64,000 nt of DNA. Source: an uncultured Phycisphaerales bacterium (lineage in GTDB: Bacteria > Planctomycetota > Phycisphaerae > Sedimentisphaerales > Anaerobacaceae). The position numbers and the translations under genes were made by a program. Below the pieces are notes generated by a model. That model was not told the DNA's origin. It saw nothing but the letters and a program-made list of their open reading frames with translations, and ran no database searches. Below are positions 51,351-62,500 of this stretch, in pieces (the first letter of the stretch is position 1; each line of letters starts with the position of its first letter). The stretch covers positions 1,472,001-1,536,000 of the forward strand of contig OY970359.1 of the NCBI GenBank assembly GCA_963718665.1, written 5' to 3'.

Positions 51351-52046
51351 CTATTCCTTTGAGTCCTTGCCGGACCGTAATTGAATAAGTATGCCTAAAA
51401 GGGTTCCTCCGGTGAGCAGCAGGGGCAGGAACCATGGATTGCTGTAATAAAGCTGGTTGAGGTGTGCTGTTGTCGGCTCGTTTGCAAAGTTTTCATAGCG
51501 GTAAATAAGGGCGAACGCGCCGATGACGATAAGCGATGTCCCGCCTAAGCTTGTGAATAGCATAACGGAGAGTTTGAAGACAACGAAGGATATCATCCCG
51601 CCTGCGACGATGCCGGTTAGTGCGCCCGCCCAGACAAATTCCTGCGGAAGGTTACAGGAATGCCATATTCCCGCGGCAAGTATCCCGCCGGCCACGGCAG
51701 CAAGAATAGCCACCGCCCACCGCATTAAGGGAATAGCGAGGATGACAAGAAGGGCGCAGCCGACGACTGCACCGGGGATGGGTTTTTGGAACAGAGTGCC
51801 GACCCACAGGCCGAGAAAGAGGCCGAGGAGGCCGAAGCCGATGACGGTGAGCGTCTTATAGATTTTCCAGCCATACATCAGGATGATGACGCCGAATGAA
51901 ATACCAATGACTGCCTGAAGCCAGGTGAGAAGGGTTGTCTGCTGCCAGACGAAATCGAGGGCACGCAGGACGTATTTAGTGCCGTACTCAGCATTGATAT
52001 TGTCAAAATGTTGCGCTGTTCGCGCCAAAAGCAGCGAAAAACTCAT
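51351..52046 (-). CDS. multi-pass membrane protein (DUF4203-like)
   Basis: YGWKIYK, FTSLGG; about seven TMs. Confidence 0.7.
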   Translation of the reverse strand: MSFSLLLARTAQHFDNINAEYGTKYVLRALDFVWQQTTLLTWLQAVIGISFGVIILMYGWKIYKTLTVIGFGLLGLFLGLWVGTLFQKPIPGAVVGCALLVILAIPLMRWAVAILAAVAGGILAAGIWHSCNLPQEFVWAGALTGIVAGGMISFVVFKLSVMLFTSLGGTSLIVIGAFALIYRYENFANEPTTAHLNQLYYSNPWFLPLLLTGGTLLGILIQLRSGKDSKE

Positions 52047-52091
52047 TTACTCTTCTCCTTTTTCAAAATTTAAGCCCTATAAGCCGGGTGG

Positions 52092-52838
52092 TTAAGCCGT
52101 GCGCCAAGTTGCGATTTTTGGTTTTTCTGCGGCATCGCCTTTACCGGTTTTGACTTTTTCAACTTTGGTTTTGGTGGCCTTCCTTGCAGCGGCAAATCGC
52201 ACATTAATTTCAGGCAGGAGCCACAACTGGATGATAGTGCCCGCTATTGTTGCCAGGGCGAGTACCGCGACGCAAATATCCTGTTTTTTGGTGATATAGC
52301 CGACGGCGGGATAGCCGAAATTCAGCAAAGCCATAACCGTTCCCGCCAGGATAAGTATTGTTCCTGCGGCCGAGGTGAAGATCGCTGAGGCGCCCCGCAA
52401 GGATATAACCGCGAATGGCAAGGCAGTTACCGCCACCAGCAGGGGCCAGTTGTAGTAGGGGACGCTTATGGTAAACTGCCTGATTACCGCCAGGATGTTG
52501 CTTGACGGGAGGAAGTAAGGCCTAATCAGGACTAAATAACCGATAACGGCGGTTGCGGCCGAGGCAATCAGCACAAGAAACGTATCCTGCAATTTAAGCG
52601 CAGTCAGGGCAAAGATGCCTATTACGGAGGCAGCAAGAAACAGATTTGTGCCGGAAGAAAATAACGTGCAGAATGCGCCGAAAAAGAGGCCTGTTGCGAC
52701 AAACACAACTTTTTTGAAGCCGAATCCGCCGAGCAATACAAACAGTCCGGCGGCAATAGTAACGGCCGCGAGCGTCAAAAGCAGCGATGGCTGCAAATAC
52801 GTTACGCGATTTTGAAATGTCGATAATAAGTTCATCAT
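52092..52838 (-). CDS. multi-pass membrane protein, likely paralog of the adjacent gene
   Basis: GGFGFKK, FTSAAG, IIQL pattern. Confidence 0.65.
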   Translation of the reverse strand: MMNLLSTFQNRVTYLQPSLLLTLAAVTIAAGLFVLLGGFGFKKVVFVATGLFFGAFCTLFSSGTNLFLAASVIGIFALTALKLQDTFLVLIASAATAVIGYLVLIRPYFLPSSNILAVIRQFTISVPYYNWPLLVAVTALPFAVISLRGASAIFTSAAGTILILAGTVMALLNFGYPAVGYITKKQDICVAVLALATIAGTIIQLWLLPEINVRFAAARKATKTKVEKVKTGKGDAAEKPKIATWRTA

Positions 52839-52967
52839 AAGTTTTTAGTGTCTCGAAAAAAACGTCCTGAGAATGCGGTTTTAGCCCAAGTATTTATCGG
52901 CCTGATGAGGCCCTTTCGTTAAGTCCTGAGTTGATTGTGGAAGCCCGCGGGGCAGCGGGTGAGGTAA

Positions 52968-53051
52968 TGCGGATGAGAGGAGTCGAACCTCCAAGAGCCT
53001 AAGCCCACAGGCACCTGAAGCCTGCGCGTCTGCCAGTTCCGCCACATCCGC
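52968..53051 (-). tRNA. tRNA-Leu(CAG)
   Basis: GCGGATGTGGCGGAACTGGCAGACGCG...TTCAGGT loop, long variable arm, GGTTCGACTCC. Confidence 0.95.
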
Positions 53052-53561
53052 TTGATAAGCCGATAATAACGGTTTTTGGTCGGCTCGTCAATAACGAAGG
53101 CGGAATCGGGCGTGGATAATAAACGGGCGATGCGGCGGGTTTCGCTGATTTTGAGAATTTCAATATTTATACGACCGCAACGAGCGGTCGGCGAGTTTGT
53201 AATGTTATCGGTCCTTGTAAGGCCTTTATTTGTAAGGCGGGGCACGCCCGCCAAACAACACGGCGGGTAAACTGCGAGGGAAATTAGAGAGTAGAACCCA
53301 TCTTCGCTTTTAGCTCCGCCGAGGCAAGCAATTGAACAGTGTTTTTCCTATTTGTGCTTTACTCGCGGGGAGAGGGACGGGAAAATATAAGAGATTGCCG
53401 AATGTCGGTTGCCGATTTAGGATGCGGAAGACAGCAAGGCGTGAGTAATTCGGCGGGCTGGCGCGAATTTGACGGTAACGCTGGAATACACAGTTGTCTG
53501 GTCAACATGGAAATGGTAGTCCGAAAACGGATATCGGCTGTTAAAATTCCGGACTTGGCGC

Positions 53562-53596
53562 AAAAAAAAGCGGCCTTATATGAGATAAGGCCGCTT
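53562..53596 (-). terminator. intrinsic terminator
   Basis: aagcggccttat/ataaggccgctt with A8 tract. Confidence 0.75.
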
Positions 53597-53649
53597 GCTA
53601 AACAACGATGCTTTAAGCTGTTAGCTTTTTGCTGCCGTCAAGGATGTCA

Positions 53650-54717
53650 TCAACCATTTTTGCCGCCGCCAAGAATGTCATTAATCAAAAGCGCATCCGT
53701 TACATCCCCCGGTACGATATCATTGTAAGCGCTTGGCGTTACAGGGTTGCTGCCAGTCATGCCCGGGAGGCGTCCGCATGCTTCGAAGTCAGACTTATAA
53801 AGCGGTGTTGTTGACGTGGTGCTATTTGACCAGTAAGTACTTCCCCATCTTTGATAAATGTTGTCGTTATTTATGCCCACGTTGGCTTGTGACTCAAATT
53901 TCACGTGGCCGTCATTGTACAGGACGTTTTGGCCTTCGCGCTGATGGGCATAGGCGTTAAACACGAAATCTTTGTCCGTGTACTGGTTGTTGTTAATGCT
54001 CCAGTTTGTACAAGGCGATGTGGCTGGTGGGCTAACTATTGCCAGTGTCCCGCCGTTATCTGCGGGGCCCGTTATATAAACAGAGGCGTTTTTATCCAGG
54101 CCCGGGTTTCTATCCGCCGCGAGGGGGCTGCTTGGCGAACTGCTAACTGAAATCGGGAACCCTGCTAACGGATTGGCGGTAGAGGTTCTGGCAAAGGGGA
54201 AATGGTAAGCGTAGCTGACGTGTAAGCCCGGGTGGGTGCCAAAATCGTAAACCTTGGTCAGGTCTGTTACTGTTGTCGAGGTATAACTTGTGAGCTTGAA
54301 AATTTGTGAGCCGGAGTCGCCCTTGCAGATAAACTGTTTTGGTGAAACATCCTGGTATTTTACGAGCATATAGAACAAGGAGCCCATAGTTGCCATGCCA
54401 CCACAACCGGTCTGTTGTGTACTAAAGAAGACGAATTGAGTGGACAACGTACCGCCCTGGGCGTCGAAAGAGCCAATCGCGCCATTAGTGGCGTAAATTA
54501 CCGGCAGTGGTTGCCAGCCAGGCATTGGATATGCATCCTGTGAATCACCGGCGTACAGTAACAATGCTTTGCCTATGCCTGACAGGTTTGACCCGCAGAC
54601 CATACGGTAGGCAATCATCCTGACTCTGGCCAGGGCCGGCATCAGGATACCCATCAGCAGAGCGATGATCGCGATAACGACCAGCAGCTCAACCAACGTA
54701 AAACCTTTCTTTTTCAT
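53650..54717 (-). CDS. prepilin-type N-terminal cleavage/methylation protein (H-X9-DG)
   Basis: [46 protein letters not shown]. Confidence 0.92.
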   Translation of the reverse strand: MKKKGFTLVELLVVIAIIALLMGILMPALARVRMIAYRMVCGSNLSGIGKALLLYAGDSQDAYPMPGWQPLPVIYATNGAIGSFDAQGGTLSTQFVFFSTQQTGCGGMATMGSLFYMLVKYQDVSPKQFICKGDSGSQIFKLTSYTSTTVTDLTKVYDFGTHPGLHVSYAYHFPFARTSTANPLAGFPISVSSSPSSPLAADRNPGLDKNASVYITGPADNGGTLAIVSPPATSPCTNWSINNNQYTDKDFVFNAYAHQREGQNVLYNDGHVKFESQANVGINNDNIYQRWGSTYWSNSTTSTTPLYKSDFEACGRLPGMTGSNPVTPSAYNDIVPGDVTDALLINDILGGGKNG

Positions 54718-55181
54718 TTGTTTTCTCCTATACATTTTTTGAGATTCGCTATCCGGCCGCCCTAAGCACAATCGGGCATGGTAAAAGACGGATTATTACA
54801 ATCTGTTCTTGACCACACGTTATCGCCCGAATTCTCCGCGAATCTCTGTTAAACTTTTTCGCTCGGAACCGGCCGGCAAAAAACACATTCAGACCAGATT
54901 TTATGGGACTTGTTGGCTGGCTTTCCTGACTCAAAAACGCCGCCGGATTCGAGTCAAGTAACACCGAGCCACTTCTAACAGGCAGGTTATGATTAAGAGG
55001 GGTACTTTATAATTACGGCTACCATTATATAATTTGTTAATTTGTTACCTGCCTATTACACTCTTCAGTATAGTGCCGCCTCATATTGTTGTCAAGAAGG
55101 TTTTCGGCAAAAAACGCGATAATTCTTGAAAATTCCGCGTCGATACCTTATAAATGCCGTTTTTGGCGTGGGGAAAGGCCT

Positions 55182-56609
55182 ATGATAGACCAAAATAAGC
55201 TTCAAAAGCTGAAAACCGTCCTAAAAAATTATGGTCAAAGCCACATTTTGACCTTCTGGGACCGGCTTGACCCGGCCAGACAGGACCGGTTTTTTGCCCA
55301 GATTAACCAACTAGATTTTGCCCAGTTAGACCGCTGGCGGGAAGAGTTTGTCCTGAATGCCTCGCCTTTTAAGCTGCTTGGCAAGCTCGTGCCCGCCCCG
55401 TTTTATGCTCATCAGCCGAGCGATGCCGGGCAGCGAGGAAAATACGACCAGGCGCGTCAACTGGGTGACAAGCTGATTTCTCAGGGGAAGGTCGCGGCGT
55501 TTGTTGTTGCTGGCGGACAGGGAACCCGGCTGGGTTTCGATGGGCCGAAAGGGAATTTCCCCATAAGCCCGGTTAAGAATAAGACACTTTTCCAGATTTT
55601 TGCGGAGGGCATTTCGGCGGCCTGTAAAAAATACCATACCAGTTGTCCCTGGTATATTATGACCAGTCCCCTCAATCATCAGCAAACACTGGATATTTTT
55701 TCCGCCAACAATTACTACGGCCTGAACAAAAACGACATATTTATATTTCAGCAGGGGACTCTGCCTAACTTTTCGCTGGACGGCAAAATCCTTCTGTCTG
55801 ATATTGACACAATCGCCACTTCGCCCGACGGCCACGGCGGCAGTTTGCGCACGATTTACAACTCGGGCGCGATGGCTGATATGCAAAAACGCGACATCGA
55901 GTTCGTCAGCTACTACCAGGTTGATAATCCCCTCATAAATATTTTTGACCCGCTGTTCATAGGGCTGCACGCACTTGACGGGGCGGAGATGTCGTCGAAG
56001 GGGTTGAGTAAAACAGGACCGTTTGAGAAACTCGGCAACTTCTGTTTGGCTGACGGCAAAGTAACTGTTATCGAATACAGCGACCTGCCGAATGAGCTTG
56101 CGGAAAAGAGAAATCCCAACGGCTCGCTTGCCTTTGAACTTGGCAGTATCGCCATTCATATTATCAGCGTCAATTTTATTGAGCGGCTCAATAAGCACGG
56201 TTTCGTATTGTCTTTGCACAGGGCGGCAAAGAAAATCCCGTATGTTGACGAGGAGGGGCGGCGAATCGAGCCAAAAGAGCCGAATGGCGTTAAGCTGGAG
56301 AGTTTTGTTTTTGACGCACTGCCTCTCGCCGGGAAATCGATTATCCTTCAAACCGTCCGCAACGGAGAATTTGCGCCAGCGAAAAACGCGACAGGTGTTG
56401 ACAGCGCCCAGACAGCCAGGCAAATGATGGTTGACCGTGCGGCTGCCTGGCTTGAATCGGCGGGCGTGAAGGTCCCGCGAAAAACTGACGGTTTGCCTGA
56501 CTGTGTTATCGAGATTTCGCCGAGTTTCGCACTAACAAGGGAAGACGTTGCTAAAAAGCGCGATAAGATACCCACCATCAAACCCGGCGATAAAATATAT
56601 CTTGGGTGA
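55182..56609 (+). CDS. UDPGP-family nucleotidyltransferase (UDP-GlcNAc pyrophosphorylase-like)
   Basis: AGGQGTRLG..GPKG, YIMTS, SPDGHGG, VDN, IEYSD, KLESFVFD. Confidence 0.92.
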   Translation: MIDQNKLQKLKTVLKNYGQSHILTFWDRLDPARQDRFFAQINQLDFAQLDRWREEFVLNASPFKLLGKLVPAPFYAHQPSDAGQRGKYDQARQLGDKLISQGKVAAFVVAGGQGTRLGFDGPKGNFPISPVKNKTLFQIFAEGISAACKKYHTSCPWYIMTSPLNHQQTLDIFSANNYYGLNKNDIFIFQQGTLPNFSLDGKILLSDIDTIATSPDGHGGSLRTIYNSGAMADMQKRDIEFVSYYQVDNPLINIFDPLFIGLHALDGAEMSSKGLSKTGPFEKLGNFCLADGKVTVIEYSDLPNELAEKRNPNGSLAFELGSIAIHIISVNFIERLNKHGFVLSLHRAAKKIPYVDEEGRRIEPKEPNGVKLESFVFDALPLAGKSIILQTVRNGEFAPAKNATGVDSAQTARQMMVDRAAAWLESAGVKVPRKTDGLPDCVIEISPSFALTREDVAKKRDKIPTIKPGDKIYLG

Positions 56610-56670
56610 GATAACACCTGCCTTCGCAAAATTTTTCCGTTGTCAAAGGCAATAACAGCCGAGCGGCCGG

Positions 56671-57825
56671 CTATTTTGTCGAGAACGTATGTATCGTAAT
56701 CGTCTCGTATTTTTCGCCCGGCCGCAATACGGTCGATGGGAAAGTCGGCTTGTTGGGCGAATCGGGATAATGCTGCGTTTCCAGGCATAACGCGCCGAAT
56801 TTGTTATAGGTTTTGCCATCTTTGCCCTTAAGCGAACCATCAAGCCCGATGCTGCTGTAGAACTGCACTCCCGGCTCGGTTGTTTGTATCTCCATTACGC
56901 GCCCACTCGTCGGCTCATAAACTTTTGCGGCGAGCTTCATTTTTCCCGCCTTGCCGTTGAGCGCAAAGTTATGGTCATAGCCGCCGATATCAATTTGTTT
57001 TATTCGTGAGCCAATCGTCATCGGTTTTGTGAAATCCAACGGCGTATCCTTAACAGCTTTAAGCTCTCCCGTTGGTATAAGGCCTTTATCAACCGGGGTG
57101 TATTTGTCCGCGTTTATCATCAGCTCGTGACCAAGGACGCCGCCGCTGCCGGCGCCAGCGAGATTCCAATACGAATGATTCGTCAGGTTCACGACCGTGG
57201 GCTTATCCGTTGTTGCCTCATATTTCATTTCCAGCTTATTATCCGATGTAAGGGTATAAGTAACGACGCACTTGAGATTTCCGGGGAAACCTTCCTCGCC
57301 GTCTTTGCTTGTGTAGCTGAGTTTCAATTCGGCCTTGTTGCCCTTTAATTCGGCTTTTTCAATCTTCCAGACAACCTTGTCGAATCCCTTGGCACCGCCG
57401 TGCAAAATGTTCTCTCCCTCGTTTTTCGCAAGCTTATATTCCTTGCCGTCCAGCGTGAATTTTGCCCCGCCGATACGGTTTCCATACCTGCCGATTATCG
57501 CGCCGAAATACGGGCACCCTTTGAGGTATCCGTCCAGATTATCGAATCCGAGGACAATATCTCCGGTTTTTCCGTTTCTGTCGGGGGCCTCAAACGAGAC
57601 AATGATTCCGCCGTAGGTCATTATCCTGGCAGTAAGCCCTTTACCGTTCGTCAGTGTAACAATATCAATCTGCTGCCCGTCAGTGGTTTTCCCGAATGGT
57701 TCCGTTTTAACGCTCATTTTTCCCGGCTCCTTACACTTTTTAGCACAGCATTTCATTTCGCAGCAACTGCTCACATAAACCACAACTGCCATCAAAACCA
57801 CGCCAACCAGAATTCTCTTGTTCAT
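56671..57825 (-). CDS. galM: aldose 1-epimerase with export/lipoprotein signal
   Basis: GRYGNRI, LHGG, NLTNHSYWNL, GYDHNF, CLETQHYPDSPN. Confidence 0.93.
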   Translation of the reverse strand: MNKRILVGVVLMAVVVYVSSCCEMKCCAKKCKEPGKMSVKTEPFGKTTDGQQIDIVTLTNGKGLTARIMTYGGIIVSFEAPDRNGKTGDIVLGFDNLDGYLKGCPYFGAIIGRYGNRIGGAKFTLDGKEYKLAKNEGENILHGGAKGFDKVVWKIEKAELKGNKAELKLSYTSKDGEEGFPGNLKCVVTYTLTSDNKLEMKYEATTDKPTVVNLTNHSYWNLAGAGSGGVLGHELMINADKYTPVDKGLIPTGELKAVKDTPLDFTKPMTIGSRIKQIDIGGYDHNFALNGKAGKMKLAAKVYEPTSGRVMEIQTTEPGVQFYSSIGLDGSLKGKDGKTYNKFGALCLETQHYPDSPNKPTFPSTVLRPGEKYETITIHTFSTK

Positions 57826-57904
57826 TTTTAAACTCCTGCTTATACGATAATCTATTATTCGATATTCCCTTGCCCGAAATATATAACCCCATCAGTATCG
57901 AATG

Positions 57905-58954
57905 TCAAATTATTAGCATAGCGTCGCCGTAGGAATAAAAGCGGTAGCGATTCTCGATGGCGTGCCGGTAGGCAGCCAGTATCGCATCAAGGCCCGCGAA
58001 TGCCCCGACGAGCGCAATCAGTGTGGATTGCGGGAGATGAAAATTGGTAATCATCGCATCGACAATTTTGAATTTGTAGCCCGGCCTGATAAACAGGCGG
58101 GTTGAGTCGTCAGTTGCGGATAATTGTCCGTGCGCTCCCGCGGTTTCCATGACGCGGACAGAAGTAGTCCCGACGGCAATAATTCTGCCGCCGGTTTTTT
58201 TGACGCGATTTATTATTCCTGCGTTTGTTTCGTCGATGCTGAATTGTTCTTCGTGTATTTGGTGCTCTTCGAGCGTTTCAGCGGTTACCGGCTTAAAAGT
58301 CCCTTCGCCAACGGCAAGAGTAACATAGGCGAATTCAATCCCCTTATGTTTAAGCTCCTCAATCAGCTTTTTGGTGAAATGCAGTCCAGCCGTAGGCGCT
58401 GCAACCGCGCCGGGATTACATGCGTAAACCGTCTGGTATCTTAATCTATCCTCAACGGCCTGGTCTAAATCAGTATCTCTCCTTATATAAGGCGGCAGGG
58501 GCGGAAAACCAATCTTCTCAAGAGTTTTTTGTGCCGGCTCTTCGGCTTCGATTTTCAGAAGGCACTTGCCCTCGTTTTTTTTCTCGATAAGCTCTGCGTA
58601 ACAAAATTTCTCGCCTGCGATATCCATCAACCAGATACGTTCCCCCGTTTTGATTTTGCCAAGACCTTTGAGCATTACCTCCCAGAAGGCGTTATTATGC
58701 TGATGCAGAAACAATCCTTCGAGTGTGCCGCCTGTCCGGCGTTTCGCAAAAAACTTTGCGGGCAATACTTTCGTGTCGTTGAGAACGAGGCAGTCGCCCT
58801 TGCGCAGAAATTCCCCGATTTTGTCAAAGCGGGTGTCGGTTAACAGCCCGTTTTGCCGCTCCAAAACCAGCAGTCGTGACCGGCTGCGGTTTTTCGCCGG
58901 CTGCTGTGCAACCAGTTCCGCCGGCAGGTGATAATCAAGCTCTTTTGTTTTCAT
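57905..58954 (-). CDS. queA: S-adenosylmethionine:tRNA ribosyltransferase-isomerase
   Basis: PLPPYI, YQTVYA, AAPTAGLHF, VGTTSVR, TNFHLP, FYSYGDAM. Confidence 0.97.
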   Translation of the reverse strand: MKTKELDYHLPAELVAQQPAKNRSRSRLLVLERQNGLLTDTRFDKIGEFLRKGDCLVLNDTKVLPAKFFAKRRTGGTLEGLFLHQHNNAFWEVMLKGLGKIKTGERIWLMDIAGEKFCYAELIEKKNEGKCLLKIEAEEPAQKTLEKIGFPPLPPYIRRDTDLDQAVEDRLRYQTVYACNPGAVAAPTAGLHFTKKLIEELKHKGIEFAYVTLAVGEGTFKPVTAETLEEHQIHEEQFSIDETNAGIINRVKKTGGRIIAVGTTSVRVMETAGAHGQLSATDDSTRLFIRPGYKFKIVDAMITNFHLPQSTLIALVGAFAGLDAILAAYRHAIENRYRFYSYGDAMLII

Positions 58955-59132
58955 ACAAGAAACTTATCAGACCATACGCAAATCGCATAATAATTTTTTT
59001 CGCAATCTCAGCCGGATTTTAACGCTTTCTGCGTAAAAGACCAAATAATTGCAAAAGCCGCGCAATTGCCGCGTCGATACGGAAATTGTTGGCCCGGTTT
59101 CGCAAAAGCGTCGTATATTAAGAGGTGATGCA

Positions 59133-59330
59133 ATGACGTCAAAAGAATTTTTTGAACAAACAGCGACCTCGATAGCTGCTCTGGACAGGGACGAGCTTAA
59201 AAGACGCATCAAAAACTTCCACGGACGTTTCAAACTGGATTTTACCGAGGACTATCTCAATCAGCTCAATATTGACCGGCTAAGGCACATTCTCCTGGCC
59301 GCTCACATCAGCACAAACGGCCCCTGCTAA
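59133..59330 (+). CDS. small hypothetical protein (65 aa)
   Basis: GAGGTG RBS; FKLDFTEDYL...DRLRHILLAA; sigma28-like promoter. Confidence 0.7.
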   Translation: MTSKEFFEQTATSIAALDRDELKRRIKNFHGRFKLDFTEDYLNQLNIDRLRHILLAAHISTNGPC

Positions 59331-59438
59331 AACCTGTCAGGGTACCGGTCTGTTTTCCTGCATTTTGTCGCTCGCAACCTCTGCATTTACAGATATTTAG
59401 GCAAATCCAATCTCAAATCAAAAAAAAACGCTATTTCC

Positions 59439-59467
59439 TTGACAAATTCAGCCCATATCTATAAAGT
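59439..59467 (+). promoter_or_regulatory. sigma70-type promoter
   Basis: TTGACA-N17-TAAAGT. Confidence 0.5.
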
Positions 59468-59562
59468 ATATAATGACAATTGGAGCCGGATGCGAGGGGG
59501 CATCCAGTATTGCCAACTTAGTTTTGGAGAGGTTTTATATGGAGATTTTGAGGAGGTTACCA

Positions 59563-62500
59563 ATGTCAACCACACGCCTAATTTGTTTAATCACTATTTT
59601 TGTATCCCTTCTGACAATAAGCAATTTCTCTTCTGTCTTTGCAGGTAACTGTGGCGATGGCGGTTTCGACTGGTGCGAAACAGTGGTATGGCACGACGGC
59701 GTTGACCAGAACTGGTGTGATACCGGCGGCTGGGTCCCTAATAACGGCGAACCTGGCGGAGCAATTCCGCCAGACGGCAACACACCCGTGGTTATCGAAC
59801 CGTACCCCGGCCCGATAATCAACATCGGCTGCGATGCCACCTGCTGTGCTTTGTGGGTATGCGATTGGTCATGGTCAGGCGCTCCGGACACAGCCGTTGA
59901 ACTTCGAGGGGGATCTTTGAATGCCGGAGAATATATCTGCCTCGCCAGTAACGGCACCGATTTCACATATGGTGACAGCAACTCAGTGGGCTCTGCCGGA
60001 CTGACAGTTCTTGGCGGCACGGTAACTACCCCGACTTCTGTCACGGGAAACGGTCTTTATATCGGCGGCGGCTCGACCACTTACCAACTTATGAACAAAG
60101 GTGTAGTGACGATGTATGGCGGACTCATTAGCGTCCCAAGGGTCGCTCTCTATCATGGCAATATTGCCCTGTATGGCGGAACTCTGCAGTGCATAGGAGA
60201 CAACAATTTCATTTTCTACCAGGACTATCCGGAAAATAAAATCGACATCAGCGGCGGCACACTGCAACTTCATGGCGACTATACGATTACCACTCCGAGT
60301 CTTGCCAATTTCATCGCGAACGGCTGGATTTACTCCTCACGCGGCACCATCGGAACGGCTGCATTTGACGGCACCTGGACAACATTAACAAGCAGCAACG
60401 TAAACATGCTAATTCCATGGGGACCTACGCCGGCTAACCACGCGACGAATGTTCATTACAGAGTAAACGATGTTAACGTCGGCATTACGCTCCATTGGCA
60501 CAGTGGCAGCGAACCCAACGTCATAAACCATGACGTGTATTTCGGGACATCCACCGCGGACGTCAATATCGCAACCCCAGCATCAGCGCAATTCGTGGGA
60601 GAAACAAATGAAGCCAATGCCGCTGATACGAATACAAATGGAGACTCGAACAACCTCACTGTAAGCAATTACAACTTCAAAATTGCTACCATCTACTATT
60701 GGCGAGTTGATGATAATGCAATCACATCAAACATATATGACGGAAGCGGCAATGTTATCGGTTATAACACCACGCTTACTAAAGGCCCGATCTGGCACTT
60801 CACGACTCATGACGGCAAGGCATATAATCCAAACCCGTATAACGGACGGGTTGGCTTAACCGAGCCGTTACAGTTAAGCTGGACGCCAGGCGACTTTGCA
60901 GCCAGCCACCTGGTATTTGTTGGCACGGACAGCGCGACGGTCTACAGTGCCAGTAGCACCACTGCTAAAGTTTACAGAAGCACACAGACCGGCACCTCAT
61001 ATTCACTTACGGGCTTAGCGACTAACTGGTACGGACCTTTAGTGCCGGGCACAACCTACTGGTGGAAGGTAACGGAAGTTAACGGCACAACGCAATGGGG
61101 TTCAACCGGCCTCAGCGGCGTCACTGCACCTGTACTTTGGACCTTTACACCTGCGGCGTATATCACCATCGATGACTTTGAAGATTACAACACCACGGCT
61201 GATGTAAACGCCAACTGGATGATGGGTTATGCCGCCACTTGCCCCGGTTCCCCCCTGATAACCCCGTCCGGGACTTTGACCTATGTGCTTGATGCCGCTG
61301 GCAAACACGGCAATTTCACCTATAGCGAAAATACAAGCACACAACAATTCTCAGAGGTAAAACGCTATTACGGCAGCAGCGGCACGGTATTCTCGGACAG
61401 CAGCATACTTTCTGAGCAGCCCACGGAATTAAGAGTAGATTATCTCGGAGCAGCGGCTAACGCGGCTGACCCGGTTTACGACGTGATGTATGTAGCTCTT
61501 GAAGATTCAGCGGGCAATATTGGTGTGTTCAATAATCCGGACACCAGTGCCTCACAGGTAACCTCCTGGACACAATGGTATATCCCTCTCAAAGACATCT
61601 ACTTGGCGAGTCAGCCAAACGCGGTGAACCTTGCAGCAGTTAGCGCTTTCTACCTCGGCTTTGGTCAGCGTTGCCTCCTGCCCGGCTCTCAGGACAGCGG
61701 CGGCGACGGCAACGTAATGTTTGACAATATACAACTACTTCGGGGATGCGATTGGCCTGGCGGCGCCTTGAGCGAGGACTTTGATGGTGATTGCTATGTT
61801 GACATCAATGATTTGAGCATCTTCGCGGAAAGTTGGTTACAGAAAGCAGAATTGCGCACCTTCACTACTATTCTGGCACCTTCGGCGCCGATACTCTGGT
61901 ACAAATTTAACGATTCCGGCGATACGACTGACGTTATTGATTACGGAACAGGCGATGCAAATAACTATGCGGGCACAGTCGCCAACTGGACTTCGCTCTG
62001 CTGGGACGCTACTGACGGCCGGGCTGGTCATCCCGGATGCTTGTACATTCCTCCAATCCCAACCACGGGTGGTGGACCTGCAAACTCTCAGAGTTACGTT
62101 AATGCACCTCCGTCGGCAATGGGCTTCCTCGGCGATGGTAACCATAGAACTAACGGTGGCGGCGTAACCGTCTCATTGTGGGAAAACGCAAGCTTGGTCG
62201 GTGACTTCCTTGTTCAATACCCTGGTATCTGGGGTGTCTGGAACACAGCCAATACCACTGAAACCGTAGAATGTCCGTGTCCGTCACAAATCACTCGGAC
62301 TTCTGCCACAGGGCAAGCCGGTTTCTATTTGCGTACTTGTTCCATAAGAAACGCATTCGTGGCCGCGAGCGTATACGAGCCAATACTTAACTTTGGCGGC
62401 CGCTGGAACAACTGGATATATGTTAAGACACCGAGCAGCATGAAGCTTTACCTCAACGGTGAAAAAGTTGCGGAAACAGACGCAAACGGGCAACCTGGTG

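Noticed and set aside
52968..53340. tRNA-anchored genomic island (also checked at tRNA-Thr)
   Set aside because: No integrase and no duplicated tRNA 3' end noticed
55326..56423. 365-aa minus-strand ORF
   Set aside because: Fully antisense to the well-supported UDPGP-family gene; no motifs
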